Shown: piece after piece, positions 45,215 to 59,075 of the stretch
Layout: each line of letters starts with the position of its first letter
How positions within the stretch are numbered: position 1 is the stretch's first letter
Source of the DNA: Eledone cirrhosa
Lineage: Eukaryota
DNA: 64,000 nucleotides
Direction of reading: 5' to 3'
Assembly (NCBI GenBank): GCA_964016885.1
Contig: OZ024741.1
Span: forward strand, 100,812,001 to 100,876,000
Translations under genes and position numbers: made by a program
The notes under the pieces: model-generated
Databases searched by the model: none
What the model saw: only the letters and a program-made list of their open reading frames with translations
Told to the model about the DNA's origin: nothing

Positions 45215-46823
45215 CTTTTCAAATTCAGAACTGAAGTCCTTCCTGAGAATAGTTGCATAAATAGATCGCTTTCCTTGATTGGGAGTCTGTGGATCTTTGG
45301 TTATGTCTTTGAAATGTTGTTTATCTTCATGTTTTATGCTACTACCACAATCTTTAGTACCATTCACAATGCTACAATTGTCAGCCTCTAGAAACACATT
45401 GGTTTTCTCATCAGCTGCTTTTGTTGTATCATCTTTCTTAATTGCTGTTTCACAACAGTCCACCCTAGAATAATCACTGGTATTTTGTGGCTTTGTCTTA
45501 TGAGCATCTGAATTAGTAAAATCTTTCATAGTATTGTTATTGGCTAAATAAGTAGCATCTGTTCTGTTTTCATTAATGTTTTTAGAAAGATCCATCCAGA
45601 CTCCTGCTGACCTTTTCAAACTTGTTTTATTGTGGTTAAAATCTTCATGTAGTTCTCGGGGGACATTATTTGTATCGTATGTGTCTTTGGCAAGCCCTCT
45701 CTTTTTAGTTGAAGTTACATTAGATGTCATCTCTGACTTATTTTCTACATATGAAGATAATGAATTATTAGCTGTGGAAGAAATACTTTTATCAGTGTCT
45801 TTTTCAAATACCTCATCACCGATTTGAAATTTGCATTTCGTAACTGGAATGTTTTCAAGGCATGTTCGTCTAACCTTAGGTAATGATGTGCCCCAGGTTG
45901 GTAGACTTGCAAGATACGCTTCAATTTGGTCTGATGTTAAAGGTTTGGTCAATTCCTGGATGCCAGGTTGACACAATAACTCCGGATACCATTCTGTTTT
46001 TGTATTCCACTTGGTATCTGAACTGGAATTGCTATTTCTTTTTTGTTTTGAGTAATATGACTGTTCACCAGACTTACAATTTGTCAACAACACTTTAGGG
46101 CTGTGAAGTACTGGTGTTTTATTTTTTGACTGGTCGTCATGAAGATCATCCTTTGTATGAAAGACAAGAGGCTTTTCTGAGAACATATTCCGCGATGCTG
46201 GTGATAATGTACAATTATTGCTGGACTTCACCTCTAGCTTAGCAAACTTTGATGCCAGTTTTAAGGAATCTTCTTCAACATTCATTACAGAGCATTCCGA
46301 AAAAAAAGACGAGCTCCTCTGTTGTGAAGGAATTTTATTGTAGGATACTGCTGGCGAAACTGAACTAGATGGTGCACTTATAGTCTGTGGGTGTTCCTTT
46401 CTGTTAATGGAACTAGTTTTAGATTTAGATTGTGTTAAATTATTGTGCCTGTTCGAAATTGTTGTTGTTGAGTTTGATATTGTTGATGGCAGTTTCTTTG
46501 GATTATATTTTTTTACATCGCTATTATTACTGTTATCACAAATTGCAGCAGTTGTCAAAGTCTTTTTTCTTCGAGACGGTTCTGAAGTGTCAGGTGGAAA
46601 TTTAGGTGGTTTGTTTTTGTAAAGCTGATCTGTAATCAATGCAGATTTACTTAATACACTACTCATCGGGTTTTGACACAGAAGAATTGGTATGTTCTGC
46701 ATTCTTTGAGAAGCTGTCACACTCACTCTGACTGTACTATGTGACAGATTTGCGACTGGAAAATGATGAACTGTAGAAGCTCCTTCAAATAAGTAGGGTG
46801 TAGATTCTCCTGGAGCATACAAC
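45215..46823 (-). CDS. ATOSA: Atos/FAM214A homolog, exon 3 (large, mostly S/T/N/K-rich)
   Basis: 1609-nt open frame LYAPGE..HHFPVANLSHSTVRVSV...SSEFEK; tttcag| and |gtttgt; phase 2 to 0. Confidence 0.92.
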
Positions 46824-47804
46824 CTGAAATTATGGATTAATAGAATCAGAAATCTGCAGAAGTTTAAGAAAATATTAATATTGTCTGAAATGGTAAGAAA
46901 GTAGATAAGAGATTAAAAAGAATCCTAAATCTGCAGAAGGTTTTGAAAAATATTATTGTGAGGAATGGTAAATGATTAAGTTAATGTTGAACAAAATCTC
47001 AACATTTTTATTTTCTAGGTTGAGGAGAAGGTAGGTAGGTGTAAAAGCCAAAATCTCTATCTTCAATTCAGTATTCATGCCAACCCTTACCTATTATCAT
47101 GACTCTTGGTAATGACTGTAAAAATACAAGCAGCTGAAATGGGGTTCCACCAAAGGGTCTTTGGAGTAATGTTACTCAATAGAATGTGTAGCTCAGAGAT
47201 CAGAGACACATTCTAGGTAGAGTTGCTACTTCTCTGAATTGAGAGATCACAGCTCCAATACTATGGACATGTAGTTAGAATGTTTCAGGAAGGATCGCTG
47301 AGTGTTTGAGGTCTCTGTCCCCATGACCTTCCCAGAAATAAGGAGGATGAGGTGGAGGAGGATGAGAGGGGACTATCAGTGTCAAAAGCCATTTTAAGTT
47401 TTCCTAGATGTTAAGGACTAAGACAACTGTGAATTATTTGTAGGTTTAATGGTCAGTGTAAGCTATTCCAAGCTGAGAAGTAATATGAAAAGAGAAAAAG
47501 TGCAAGGGGATGACATTTGTTTTGAGGAGGAAAGACTGGACAAAATGTTTACTATTGGGTCTGGGAAATGAAAGATAGAAGGGGTGGTATATAGTCAGTA
47601 TATTCAAGAGATGAATAGACCATTATAGTTGCATATATATATAACCCATGCCCCATCTAAGCAATGGCAGCATGGAAAATAGTCATAAAACGGTAATGAT
47701 ATATACTTGTATGTCTGTGATGTGTGCATATACTATATAAACCAAACACACACAGAGTTACATATACATTGATAAGGTGATTTAAAACAATTGTGTATGG
47801 ATGC

Positions 47805-47919
<115 letters not shown>

Positions 47920-48124
47920 GGGGGTCTAATAAATAAACAGAAATTTATTATTAATACTTCTACTACTACTATATAACAACAGTAATAATAATGATAATAA
48001 TGTATAAAAATGAGAGGAGAGCCATTAACTGCTGCTTGATGAATAGTAACAAAAGACATCTACAGAATGCCTCAACTGTCATGGGTCTAGAAAGATTTTT
48101 AAAAAAAAGTTTAAGAGAAAATTA

Positions 48125-49170
48125 AAGTTGTATTTGGAAACACATTGCATGGCCAATTTGAAGAACAAATGTCTGAATTAAAGAATAAAAGGTCTCGGGC
48201 TTGGCTCTCCTGCAGTGATCTAAAAAGGGTGACAGAAGCACTGCTGATATCAGCCCAAGACCAAAGTTTTGAGTACTAAGTCAGTAACTAAAGGTAAATA
48301 TTATCTTGGTGAAAGTGTGAAGTGCTGCTTGTGTGGAATTAATACAGAAAAGGTCACCCACATAGTGAGTACTTGCAAAATGCTAACTCAAAAAGAGCAT
48401 AAAAGAAGACATGACAAGGTCTTTATGTACCTTCACTGGTCAAGGTGCAAAAAATATGGATATCAGGTGTCCGATATATGGTACCATTATGCCTCAGAAT
48501 GTGTCCTTGATGACAGAGACAAACCCAAGATACTTTGGGACTTCACTATCCAAACGGACTGCAGGCTTGAAACACAACAGACCTGATATTGTAGTAATGC
48601 ACAGAAATAGACATGAATGTCAGATGGTTGATGTTACCATCCCAGGAGACCACAACATAGCCTTGAAAGAAATTGAAAAAAATAACAAAATATATTGACT
48701 TGAAGATTGAATTGCATGAATGTAGTCAATACCACCAAACAACATGAAGATAATTCCAGTTGCAAACCTGCCAACCTCTAAAACCCAGACATGAAAAAAA
48801 GTGCCCCAAAATGGGGAGAAATGAGGCAGAATGAGGATATTTTACACAATGAAAGCTATACCCATTTTTTTAAGAGAAGATATCTCTCACCCAACCCAAA
48901 GTGGGTGGGAGATCTCCCCGTCGGATGGGAAGAGTTGACAAGTCTGCAGTTGTCATTGGAGCTTTAGGCTTGATATTTCTAAAACTGAGAAAGCACCTTA
49001 AGCAAATCGACTTCAACTCACAAATTACTTTTTTTACAAAAGACTTCCCTATTGGGCAGTGCCCATATACTCAGGAAAGTACTGTTTGTCTAAGGTCCTT
49101 GTTGAGGACTGACAGGTAAAAGATACAATTATAATATTTACTGTGCAAACCCATAATAATAATAATAATT
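48125..49170 (+). mobile_element. R4/Dong-like non-LTR retrotransposon 3' fragment (restriction-like endonuclease)
   Basis: LHGQF, ISAQDQ, C.LC...E.VTHIVS.C, RHDKV, KILWDFTIQTD, RPDIVV, KEIEK, PVVIGALG. Ends in (TAA)n. Contains frameshifts. Confidence 0.88.
48763..48946. mobile_element. MITE inserted in the R4/Dong fragment, 6-bp TSD cagttg
   Basis: TSD at 48757-62 and 48947-52. Removing the MITE restores IIPVVIGALG. Confidence 0.88.
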
Positions 49171-50056
49171 GTTTCTGATTATGCACAATCTTTTATATTC
49201 TGAGTTTAAATCCCAACGAGGTTAGCTTTGCCTTTCATCCTTACTGGGTCGATAAATAAAGCACCAGTAATGCACTAGGGTCGATTTAATCGACTTTCCC
49301 CAACCCCAAAATTGCTGACTTTGTGCCTAAATCAGAAACCATTAACATGCTTTATGGCATAGAGTTAAGGCCTTTTACAATCTGAATTCAAATCCTGCAG
49401 AGGTTAACTTTGCCTTTCATTCTTATGGGATCGATCAAATAAAGTACCAGTAACGTACTAGGGTCGATTTAATCAACTTTCCCCTCCCACAAAATGTTTG
49501 GCTTTGTGCCTAAATGAGAAACCATTATTATAATCAAATGTCTGTGAAAAAAATGGAAGTTTCTAGTAACAAAGAATTTTTTTAATATTTTAGCAGATAA
49601 TAGCATTAATCTGTAGAGTTCCATTTAAAATGGAACCAGTCAGTAAAGGAGGTTGTTAGTTGAGTCAAAGACAGCCGAAACAATTCAAAAATAGATTTGA
49701 TAACTATTAAAAGGACATTAAATTTTAAAAAAAAAAAGGTTCTAAAATGTCTTTTACAAATGAATCAGCATTTACAGGAGACTGTTTGTCAGCTGTAAAA
49801 AAAAATGCTACAAATTAGATTTCATCACGATAGGCTTAAATTTCTTAAGTCAGACAGAAACAACATTTTGCTAATAAACCATAGCAGACCAAATATTTCA
49901 GAACAACTAAATATTGTTTACTCTACAAGAAATTAAAAAAAAAAGTTTTTAAACAGTTTTATAGAAGTATTTTCAGTCAAGTATTCAGAATTTAAAAAAA
50001 AGAATAACTATACTCTTAAAAAATAGCTTTCAACATTGCTGTTTATTTAATGTGTG

Positions 50057-50103
<47 letters not shown>

Positions 50104-50147
50104 TCATCATCGTTTAACAGTTTAACATCCATTTTCCACGCTAGCAT

Positions 50148-50780
50148 TGTAAACTTAATTAATCAAGTGTTCCCTAATTTTCAAATCCTTCATTCAAACA
50201 AGGAATGGCTGTGTGAAAGAACAAACCTTGTTCCCCAAAACATCGCAGTAAATGCTATCAACAAAAATCTCTCACAAATGATCCCTGGTGAGGACGAAGC
50301 TGTTCATTATCCCGTTGAATTTCTCAACAGTCTGAACCATCTGGTATGCTGCCTTACATTCTTGAATTGAAAAAGGGTACAGTCATCATGCTTCTCAGAA
50401 ACCTGGATCAGCCATAACTGTGCAATGGGATGTGTATGGTTGTGACTGCACCACGGCCTCACATTATTGAAGCCAAGATCCTCACTGGCTGTGGTAAGGG
50501 AGACATCGTATTTATACCTAGAATACCGCTAATACCAACAAATGTCCCCTTTCATTTCAAACAATTGCAATTCCTAGTGAGCATCAGTTTGGCAATGACC
50601 ATTAACAAGTCCCAAGGCCAAACACTGCAAGCTGTCAGTCTCCATCTAGAAGAGGGATGTTTCTCATATGGTCAATTGTATGTAGGTTATTCCATACTAG
50701 GAAGACTCCACAAACTCTTCATATAAGCGCTCCAAAGAAAAAAAAAAGTTTAAAACATTGCATATGCTAAAGTTCTGTAA
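50148..50780 (+). mobile_element. Helitron PIF1-type helicase C-terminal fragment
   Basis: YPVEFLNSL, MLLRNLD..LCNG, VFIPRIPLIP, AMTINKSQGQTL, FSYGQLYV; frameshifted. Confidence 0.9.
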
Positions 50781-52078
50781 ATGTTTTATAATTTTTATAG
50801 AATACATTTTTCTATTATTTTCTTTATTGCTTACTGTATTCAGATTTTCTAAATAAATCTTTTAAATAAATCTTATTTTATTTTAAGGAAAATGGGCATT
50901 ATGATAGATGCCAATAGGTGCCTTATAAATAGATTTGAGCATAGCACAGACGATAGGAGGCTGCTAGTATATATAATTGTTTCTACTTTTGGCACAAGGC
51001 CAGCAATTACCCAGTGCATTACTGGTACTTTATTTTATCGACCCCATAAGGATGAAAGGCAAAGTCAACCTCGGCGGGATTTGAACTCAGATCGTAAAGG
51101 GACGTAACTATGCTGGAAAGCATGGCGTCCGACCCTCTACCGATACTGCCAATCCACTATCAAACTTAGAGCTGCAAATCTCTACCAGTGATTTGAGGGC
51201 CAGGAATTTCATACTTAATGCAGTCTTCAAACTACCAGCTTTATATATGAAACACTTGGCCATCAAATAATTGGAATGGCTTTGAGCTGTAATAAAATAA
51301 ATTATCCCTTACTCTACATAATGAGGTTGGCATTAAGAAGGGCATCCAGCTGTAGAAATCAAGCCAAAATCAGTTCTGTATGTGCAAGACATGGTCACCT
51401 GACCTGGCATTGCACACAACAGGACAACTCATCTAACCCATGCTATAGTGGAAAAATGGATGTAAAGCGATAATGATGATGATGATGTAGCATGGAAAAA
51501 TTAACATAAAACAGTGATGATGATGAAGTTTTGTTTCTCCCGTTTGCACAGCCAAACCTATATATGATTGCTATAATTTAGAAATATTTTTTTTCATACT
51601 TTAATTCCATAAAAACCGTGAGAAAATATCTACTTAAAACAGTAAAAAGAAAATTTCAAGTAAGATTTTCACAAGGAAATTGCATCAACAAACAGTTAAA
51701 ACAACATATGTGTGTATCAAAAAGTTAAACCAACATAAGTATATATATAGATAAATTGATAAAATATCAACAGTCAAAGATATAACAGACATTTCACAGA
51801 ATTACTTCACTTGCATTTTTCGTTCATCGTACTTATATTGATTTTAATTGATTTACTGTCATTCTTTGAATAACAAGACTTAGAATGGGATTGTGACAAC
51901 ATTCAATTTCTCAATTTCTTGAGTGAATAAGTCAAAGTATTTCCAATGAACTTTGCAATACATATATACACACATATATATGTATATATAGACGCTAAAT
52001 GATGATGATATTTTATATATATATATACACACACACACACACATATATATATGTATATATAGATGTTAAATTATGATG

Positions 52079-52126
<48 letters not shown>

Positions 52127-52167
52127 TATAATATATATATACATATATATAATATATATTGTATATA

Positions 52168-52199
<32 letters not shown>

Positions 52200-52201
52200 C
52201 A

Positions 52202-52585
52202 TAGGCACATGGCTTAGTGGTTAGAGCATTGGCCTTGCAATCGAAAGGTTGTGAGTTTAATTCTCAGACCGGGTGATGTGTTGTTTCCTTGAGCAAGACA
52301 CTTTATTTCACATTGCTCCAGTTTACTCAGCTGTAGAAATGAGATGATAGGGACTGGGGTACCTATCATTCCACTGCAAAGTGGTCGTAGAGGTGCCACA
52401 GAAAAAAGCACCCAGCCCACACTGTAAAGTGGTCGTGGAGGTGCCACGGAAAAAAAGCACCCAGCACTCACTGTAAATGAGGTTGGTGTTAGGAAGGGCA
52501 ACCAGCTATAGAAATCAAGCCAGAATCAGTTCCTGTCCCACCCTTGCAAGCAGGGAAAAGCTGACGTAAAATGATGATGATGATA
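52202..52585 (+). mobile_element. Full-length SINE (tRNA head, central block, internal subrepeats, (GAT)n tail)
   Basis: ggcacatggcttagtggttagagc...aggaagggca.ccagct.tagaaatc...gacgtaaaatgatgatg. Near-identical copy at 60458-60838 and many 3' fragments elsewhere. Confidence 0.88.
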
Positions 52586-52646
52586 TATATAATATATATG
52601 TATATATGTATATATAATATATATGTATATATGTATATATATATAT

Positions 52647-53020
52647 ATATTTATTAAAATAACAGATTCAAGTTTAAACAAAGAATCGCTGCTTTCACCC
52701 TTAACAGGATCTTCTGACACTAAAAAAATCAATCTGTGAACGCAGAAGTAAATATTTCGAAAAACGTTGTAACCGAAGGAAAACAGGAAGATGATACTTT
52801 GGTTCGTGAAGACGTTCCCGGGCAATGAACAGAAAAAAAGCGAAGATAAAACGTTGTTATGTGGAGCGATGAGAACAAATACACACAAAGACAAAACCAC
52901 ATTTATGGTATAAATGAAGTTGTAGACTAATTTAGGAAACCGAATGATTCTCGGCTTCAGAGTTAAGGGTGAAAGCAGAAATTCTTTGCTTAAACTTTAA
53001 TCTGTTATTTTAATAAATAT
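52647..53020. repeat. Inverted repeat, 59-bp arms, ~256-bp spacer
   Basis: 52647-52705 vs 52962-53020; (TA)n-flanked. Confidence 0.9.
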
Positions 53021-53353
53021 TTGCTCTAGGGTTCTTATATATTTGATATATATTTATCCTTATCGAGCCCTCTTTGGATATTAGTCTTCAAATTTATTAT
53101 TATTACTATTATATATATATATAATATATATTGTATATATATGTATATCATCATCATCATCATTTTACGTCCGCTTTTCTCTGCTTGCAAGGGTTGGACG
53201 GGTCCTATTCAGCACAGCATCTCTCCACTTATCACGGTCCTTCGTCATCCCCTCGGTAAGTTTCAGCGATCTGATTTCTGCTCTCACCACCTCCGGCCAT
53301 GTTTTACATGGTTTACCTGTTCTGCGTCTTCCTTCTACTGTGATTTCTTGGCA

Positions 53354-53416
<63 letters not shown>

Positions 53417-53420
<4 letters not shown>

Positions 53421-54013
53421 GAGAAAAAACTCTAATTCTGGGAGTACAAATAAGATAGAAGAAACATTTTTCTATCTAACTTCGCTTATATATAGATCTT
53501 CTTACCATGGTTTCATATGGAGAAGATCCATTATTGAAACTACCAATAATTCAAGACCCACCCCATATTCTTCAGGGGAGTTAAATTCTTCAAGTTTAAG
53601 AGAAATGGAACGAGATATAATATATACTGTTTCCAAAGCTAAAGCACCATGGTGATATAATAGCATGTGTAGTGTTACACTCTCAAATCTCTTAAGATAA
53701 TATGACTACTTGACAGGCTTATAATGTTGCTAGAAATTGCAGCCTAAAAACTGTCTGGTCCAGCTTGACAAATTTCGGAGCAGTTAAATAATTAAAGGTT
53801 AATAAAGTATGTATTATATCTTGTTCCATTTCTCTTAGACTAGAAGAATTAAACTCCCCTAAAGAGTATGGCAGATTCTTCAATTATTGGTGGTCCCAAC
53901 AATAATTCTTCCCCATATGAGACCATGGTAGGGAGATCTATATATAGGTGAGGTTAGATAGAAATATTTTTTCATCTATTTTGTTTATATTCCCATAGAG
54001 TTTTTTCTCATTT
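53417..54013. repeat. Older fold-back element, ~210-bp diverged arms
   Basis: 53417-53628 vs 53806-54013. The left end abuts (TA)n. Confidence 0.88.
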
Positions 54014-54447
54014 AATTTTAATATATGATATTGCTTCTCTGAGAGATTTCTTTCATTAAGCTATTTGGGCATTAATGACTAATTAACCTTCATTGTCTTT
54101 GTCATCATATACATCATCATCATTGTTCATTTTCTATGATGGCATGGACTTGGTTGTCATGTTCTTAGACTAGATGGGTTGGAAAACCACATCTAACAGG
54201 TATATTCTATTTTTGGCATGGTTTCTATGGCTGAATGTGCTTCCTAACACCAACCACTTTACAGAGTGTACTGAGTGTATTCTATAGTGGCACCAGCACT
54301 ACCACTTTACAGTGTACCATGAACATTTTATTGTGGTACCAACATCACCACATTACAAAGTGTATTGGGTTCATTTTATAGTGACACCAGCACTACCACA
54401 TTACAGAGTATAGAGGAAATGTTAAAAGTATGAGAACCAGAACTTAC

Positions 54448-54582
54448 CGGTAAGCCATTGTAAGAGGCAGTAGTCCACCTGTTGAATTCAACCAAGAACT
54501 TAGCTGAGAAAAAAATAAGTAAGACCTCATGGCTTGAACCAGGAACATTCCTGTCACCAATTTCTCAGATTTATCTGTCCAC
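54448..54582 (-). CDS. ATOSA: Atos/FAM214A homolog, exon 2
   Basis: WTDKSEKLVTGMFLVQAMRSYLFFSQLSSWLNSTGGLLPLTMAYR, cf. FAM214A AVRSFVFFSQLSAWL; 135 nt; phase 2-2. Confidence 0.92.
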
Positions 54583-56706
54583 CTGTCAAAATAAAAGAGA
54601 AAAATAGATTTTTACACTTTATTACAGATATTTTGGGGGAGGAGAGAGGAATCAAATTTCTTAACTATCATCATAATCATCATCATCATTTAGCATCTAC
54701 TTTCCCTGCCAGGAATGGCTGGATGGGTTGTCACAGACCAAGTCAGTATTTAATCAGAATTACTGACCTCTCTGACAGGCTGAGGGCCCACATCTTGCTT
54801 ACATGTGTTCCCACACTCTACCGAGTACATTTTACTCTGACACCAGCACTAGGGGGGTTGTTATGTTTTGACACAGCTGAAGAGAGCTTCAAACCCTTTG
54901 TTTTGCAAGTTTTCTATGGCTGGATGCTCTTCCAATTATTAACCACTTTACAGAGTGCTCTGGATGTGTTTATTGTATAGGACACCAATACTAGAGAGGT
55001 TGTCATGCTCTAGACACAACTGAAATGAAAAATATTTCTTCATATAATTTGTGAATTTGATAATAAAGTACAGTGGCCATAAACTTTTCAGATCCCTGTA
55101 AAGAAAGAACAACAAACATGAAATGAGAAAGACTGACCAAAACTTAGATATTAGATATATTGCACTAAATTAGAAAAATCGTAAAGGTGCATAATGGTTT
55201 TGGTGTTGGACTTATGATCATAGTGCCATGATTTTGATTCCTGGATCAAGTGCTGCATTATGTTCTCGAGCAAAACACTTCATTTCACGTTCCTCCAGTA
55301 CACTCAGCTGAAAATGAATATTCAGGTGGGTGATACTTAACCCTTTAGCATTTACGATATTCTATATTTACTATTATATTTTCATGGTAAAGGCTTTATT
55401 TCACTTAATATCGAATCTATGAGATTTTGATATTATTTATGTTGAAAACAATACCTTAACATTAGTATGAGTGACTGGTTACAGCCGGTTTAAAGAGAAA
55501 GAGGTGAGAGAATCCTGGCCAGATATAGCCAGTTTAAATGCTAAAGGGTTAAGCAGCAGCCTAATGAGCCGCTGTGCTTGGAACAGGCTTTAATATTTTT
55601 TTAAATTAGGAGACTTGCAAGTAATGGATTTTCAATTATGAAGTCCCAGTGATGGTTTTGTTGAATATAATCTTAATATACATCAGTGACTATAAGTATG
55701 TTCCAAGTTGAAGGGTAGAGATTTACATATATATAGCTAAAAGTTTTCAGAGGGATACAGTTTTTCAAGATTGTTATAAGCTATGTGAAATTTTTGAAAT
55801 TTAGTTTTTAGTTCCAGGCAGAATATTGTATGCTCCTAAGCAATGCAAATACATTGAAAAGTTACTGATTAGAAAAATAATTCATTTAGAGTAATTATGT
55901 AAATTACTATGTTATGTTGATTTAAAAATTAGTAGGTTTTCTGAGAAAATAAAGAAGTGTAGCAGTAAAATTTTATTTTTGGTTCTATATTTATTTATTT
56001 ATTTTATTTCATGAGCATATATTTTATTTCATGTGTTTATATATATTTGTTATGAAGCTCAAAGTGAACCATCTTCTGAGTGTCTTGGATTTAATAATAG
56101 TTTCTAATTTAGACATAAGGTCAGCAATTTAGCAGGAAGGGCAAATCGATTAAATCAACCATAGTATTTGACTAGTAGTTTATTTTATCAACCCCTGAAG
56201 AATGAAAGGCGATGTTGACCTCCGCTTGATTTTATAAGGGGGTGTAACTAAATCTTACAAAGTATTTTGTCTGACACTCTAACAATATTGTCAATTTACC
56301 ACCCATGACTTGGATGAAGGGAAGTGGGGAAAGTCGATTAAATCGACCCCAGTGCATTACTGGTACTTTGTTTTATCGACTCCATAAGAATGAAAAGCAA
56401 AGGTAACCATGGCGGGATTTGAACTCAGAATGTAAAGAGCCATAACTCTATGATGCAAAGCATGTTGTCTGATGCTCTACTTGGATATAATAATTGTTTC
56501 TACATTAGGCACAAAGCCAGCAATTTGGGGGGAAGGGAAAGTCGATTAAATCGATCCCAGTGCATTACTGGTGCTTTATTTATCGACCCTGTAAGGATAA
56601 AAGGCAAAGCTAACCTTGGCGGGATTTGAACTCAGATTGTAAAGACCCATAACTCTATGCCACAAAATATGTTGTCTGACATTCTACCAATACTGCTAAT
56701 CCACTG

Positions 56707-56815
56707 CCCTTGGATATAATAATGCTTTCTTTATTTGCCCTTGGATATAATAATGCTTTCTTTATTTGCCCTTGGATATAATAATGCTTTCTTTATTTGC
56801 CCTTGGATATAATAA
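56707..56815. repeat. 31-bp tandem repeat x3.5
   Basis: gcccttggatataataatgctttctttattt. Confidence 0.9.
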
Positions 56816-58338
56816 TAACAACTAAAAGTTATCAATAAAATTTTGAACAATTAATCCAAAATGTAGTCAAATCATGATTAATATTTATTTTAGGTATTAA
56901 TAGAGCCAATCAAGGTCAGATATGACTGCTAGTTTTTAAATACATTGACTTGGCTTTGTTGTGCTGTGAGAATTGTCATGACAATTTACTTAAAAACAAA
57001 ATATTAAAACACCCAAGAAAATGTTGTTAACGTTCAACAACAATCACAATCATCATCATCATCATCATCATTTAACATCCACCATTTTCAATGTTAGCAT
57101 GGGTAGGACAGGTTGTCTCTTTGTGAGAGATCAGGTTGGAGGACCATATTTCGCTCACACAGAATTGATTTGGGCTTGGTTTCTACGGCTGGATGCTCTT
57201 CTTAATGCAAACCACATTTACAGTGTGTGCTGGGTGCTTTTTGTCGTGACACTGACACGACCACCTTAAAGTGTGGGCTTGGTACTTTTTGTTGTGTCAC
57301 CAACACAACCACTTTACGGGCACTTTTTGTTGTGACATCTACATGACCACTTTACAGTATGGACTAGGTACTTTTTGTCAGGTCACCAACACAACCACTT
57401 TACAGTGTGGACTGGGCGCTTTTTGTCATGACACCTACATGACCACTTTACATTTCAAAATATTTTTAATGAGAAAAAGAGTTTATATTTTTATCATTTT
57501 TCATGAGATTAAGAAGTTTAAACAATTGCAGTTAACAATATGTATTTAACAATGTGAAGCACATAATGATGATTAAAGAAATTGGTTTTCATAGTAACTA
57601 AAATGGAAACTTATAAATTGAGCCAGTGTCCACTGCTTTTAAATGAGATTTATCTTTAGAAGCTTAAAATATTTTATGGTTTGTATTTTAGTCTCTTGAC
57701 ATCATCAAAGATTAGATCACATTTGGTGTCATATATATATATATATATGTCTGTATTCATGAGAAAGAGGCTTCATCGAAATGTTTTTACTATAAAAAAC
57801 TAGTTTTAATGGTTTAACCCTTTAGCATTCACATTATTTTATATATACTATTATATTTTCATGGTAAAGGCTTTACCTCACATAATTATCTCACATAATA
57901 TCGAATCTATGAGATTTTGAAAGTATTTATTTTGAGAACAATACCTTAACATCAGTTTGAGCGACCAGTTACAGCCAGAGGTAGAGAATTCTGGCCAGTT
58001 TTGGCCGGTTTGAACATTAAAGGGTTAATAATAGTGTATATAATCCGCCTTAACAGGAAAAAAATGGACATCAGCAGGTGCTAATGCCCATTTATATACA
58101 CCATCATCATCACCATTCAATGTCCATTTTTTCACACTAGCATGGGTTATATATATGTGTGTGTGTGTGTGCTGGACACCACTAGAGGGCGTTAGCTCCG
58201 GTGTTTGCATAGCCATGGCTTCCTAAAACCGTATTTCTTTAGAAATACAAAATTTCTATCCAAATTGTATAGAGCTATGCTTGAAGCGAAATCTTATTTC
58301 TTTTCTATTACAAGTTGAGACAACTTATGCAGCTTCAT

Positions 58339-58387
58339 ATGCAAATGAGATTAATCACCTCATTTACACAGACGAGAAAACTATATA
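58339..58387 (+). promoter_or_regulatory. Candidate octamer + TATA promoter module
   Basis: ATGCAAAT 58339-46, 35 bp, TATATA 58382-87. Confidence 0.5.
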
Positions 58388-58431
58388 TTCTCGACTGTTT
58401 TCAAGTCCAGCAGTAGCAAGCGGTGGGAGGG

Positions 58432-58475
58432 ACTGTCCTGACGAAGGCCAGTCAAGCCCGAAATGCATAGATGGT
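58432..58475 (+). ncRNA. Minimal type I hammerhead ribozyme
   Basis: actgtc CTGACGA a-ggc-cagtcaa-gcc-c GAAA tgca TA gatggt, enclosed by gtccagcagtagcaag / cttgcttctgctggac. Confidence 0.85.
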
Positions 58476-58802
58476 TGTACCCCTTGCTTCTGCTGGACAC
58501 CACCAGAGGGCGTTAGCTTCCGGTTCAGTCCCAATTTGTGGCACCTTGAGCAAGTGTCTTTCATTATAGCTTTCTGTTCACCACTACTCAGTTAAGAAAA
58601 TTTGTTAGACAGAGACTATGCAGAAAACTGACGCATATACGTCTGTGTGCATATTTTTTTTTGTTTTGTTTATGTCCCACAACTTAGCAGTTCAAAGAAC
58701 AGAGATCAATAAGATAAGTAAATATGATTGATTAAAAACTTTTAAGGTGATGCACTATCATGCCCGCAGTCTAATGACAGAAAACAGGAAGAGAATAAAA
58801 GA

Positions 58803-58853
<51 letters not shown>

Positions 58854-58980
58854 GTATAGTACCAGGAAAAACAAATGACTGCAATGACCATGTTGAGAAA
58901 AATACTTTGGTAAGCAATTTTCCATATTTGTTTGTTTGCACATTGATTCACACAAACAAATTTTAACCTGACATATTATC

Positions 58981-59019
<39 letters not shown>

Positions 59020-59075
59020 CCCCGGCATGGCCTCAGCCGGATAGCTGGAACTGGTAAAAGAGTATATATATATAT

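Larger units (their letters stand above)
58170..58524 (+). mobile_element. Terminally redundant hammerhead-bearing element (retrozyme-like), 321-bp period
   Basis: tgctggacaccac(t/c)agagggcgttagct(t)ccggt at 58170 and 58491 flanks an octamer, a TATA box and an HHR. Confidence 0.75.

Noticed and set aside
53520-53580. Degenerate hammerhead in the old fold-back (CTGAAGA...GAAT on the minus strand)
   Set aside because: The core and stems are too decayed to support the call.
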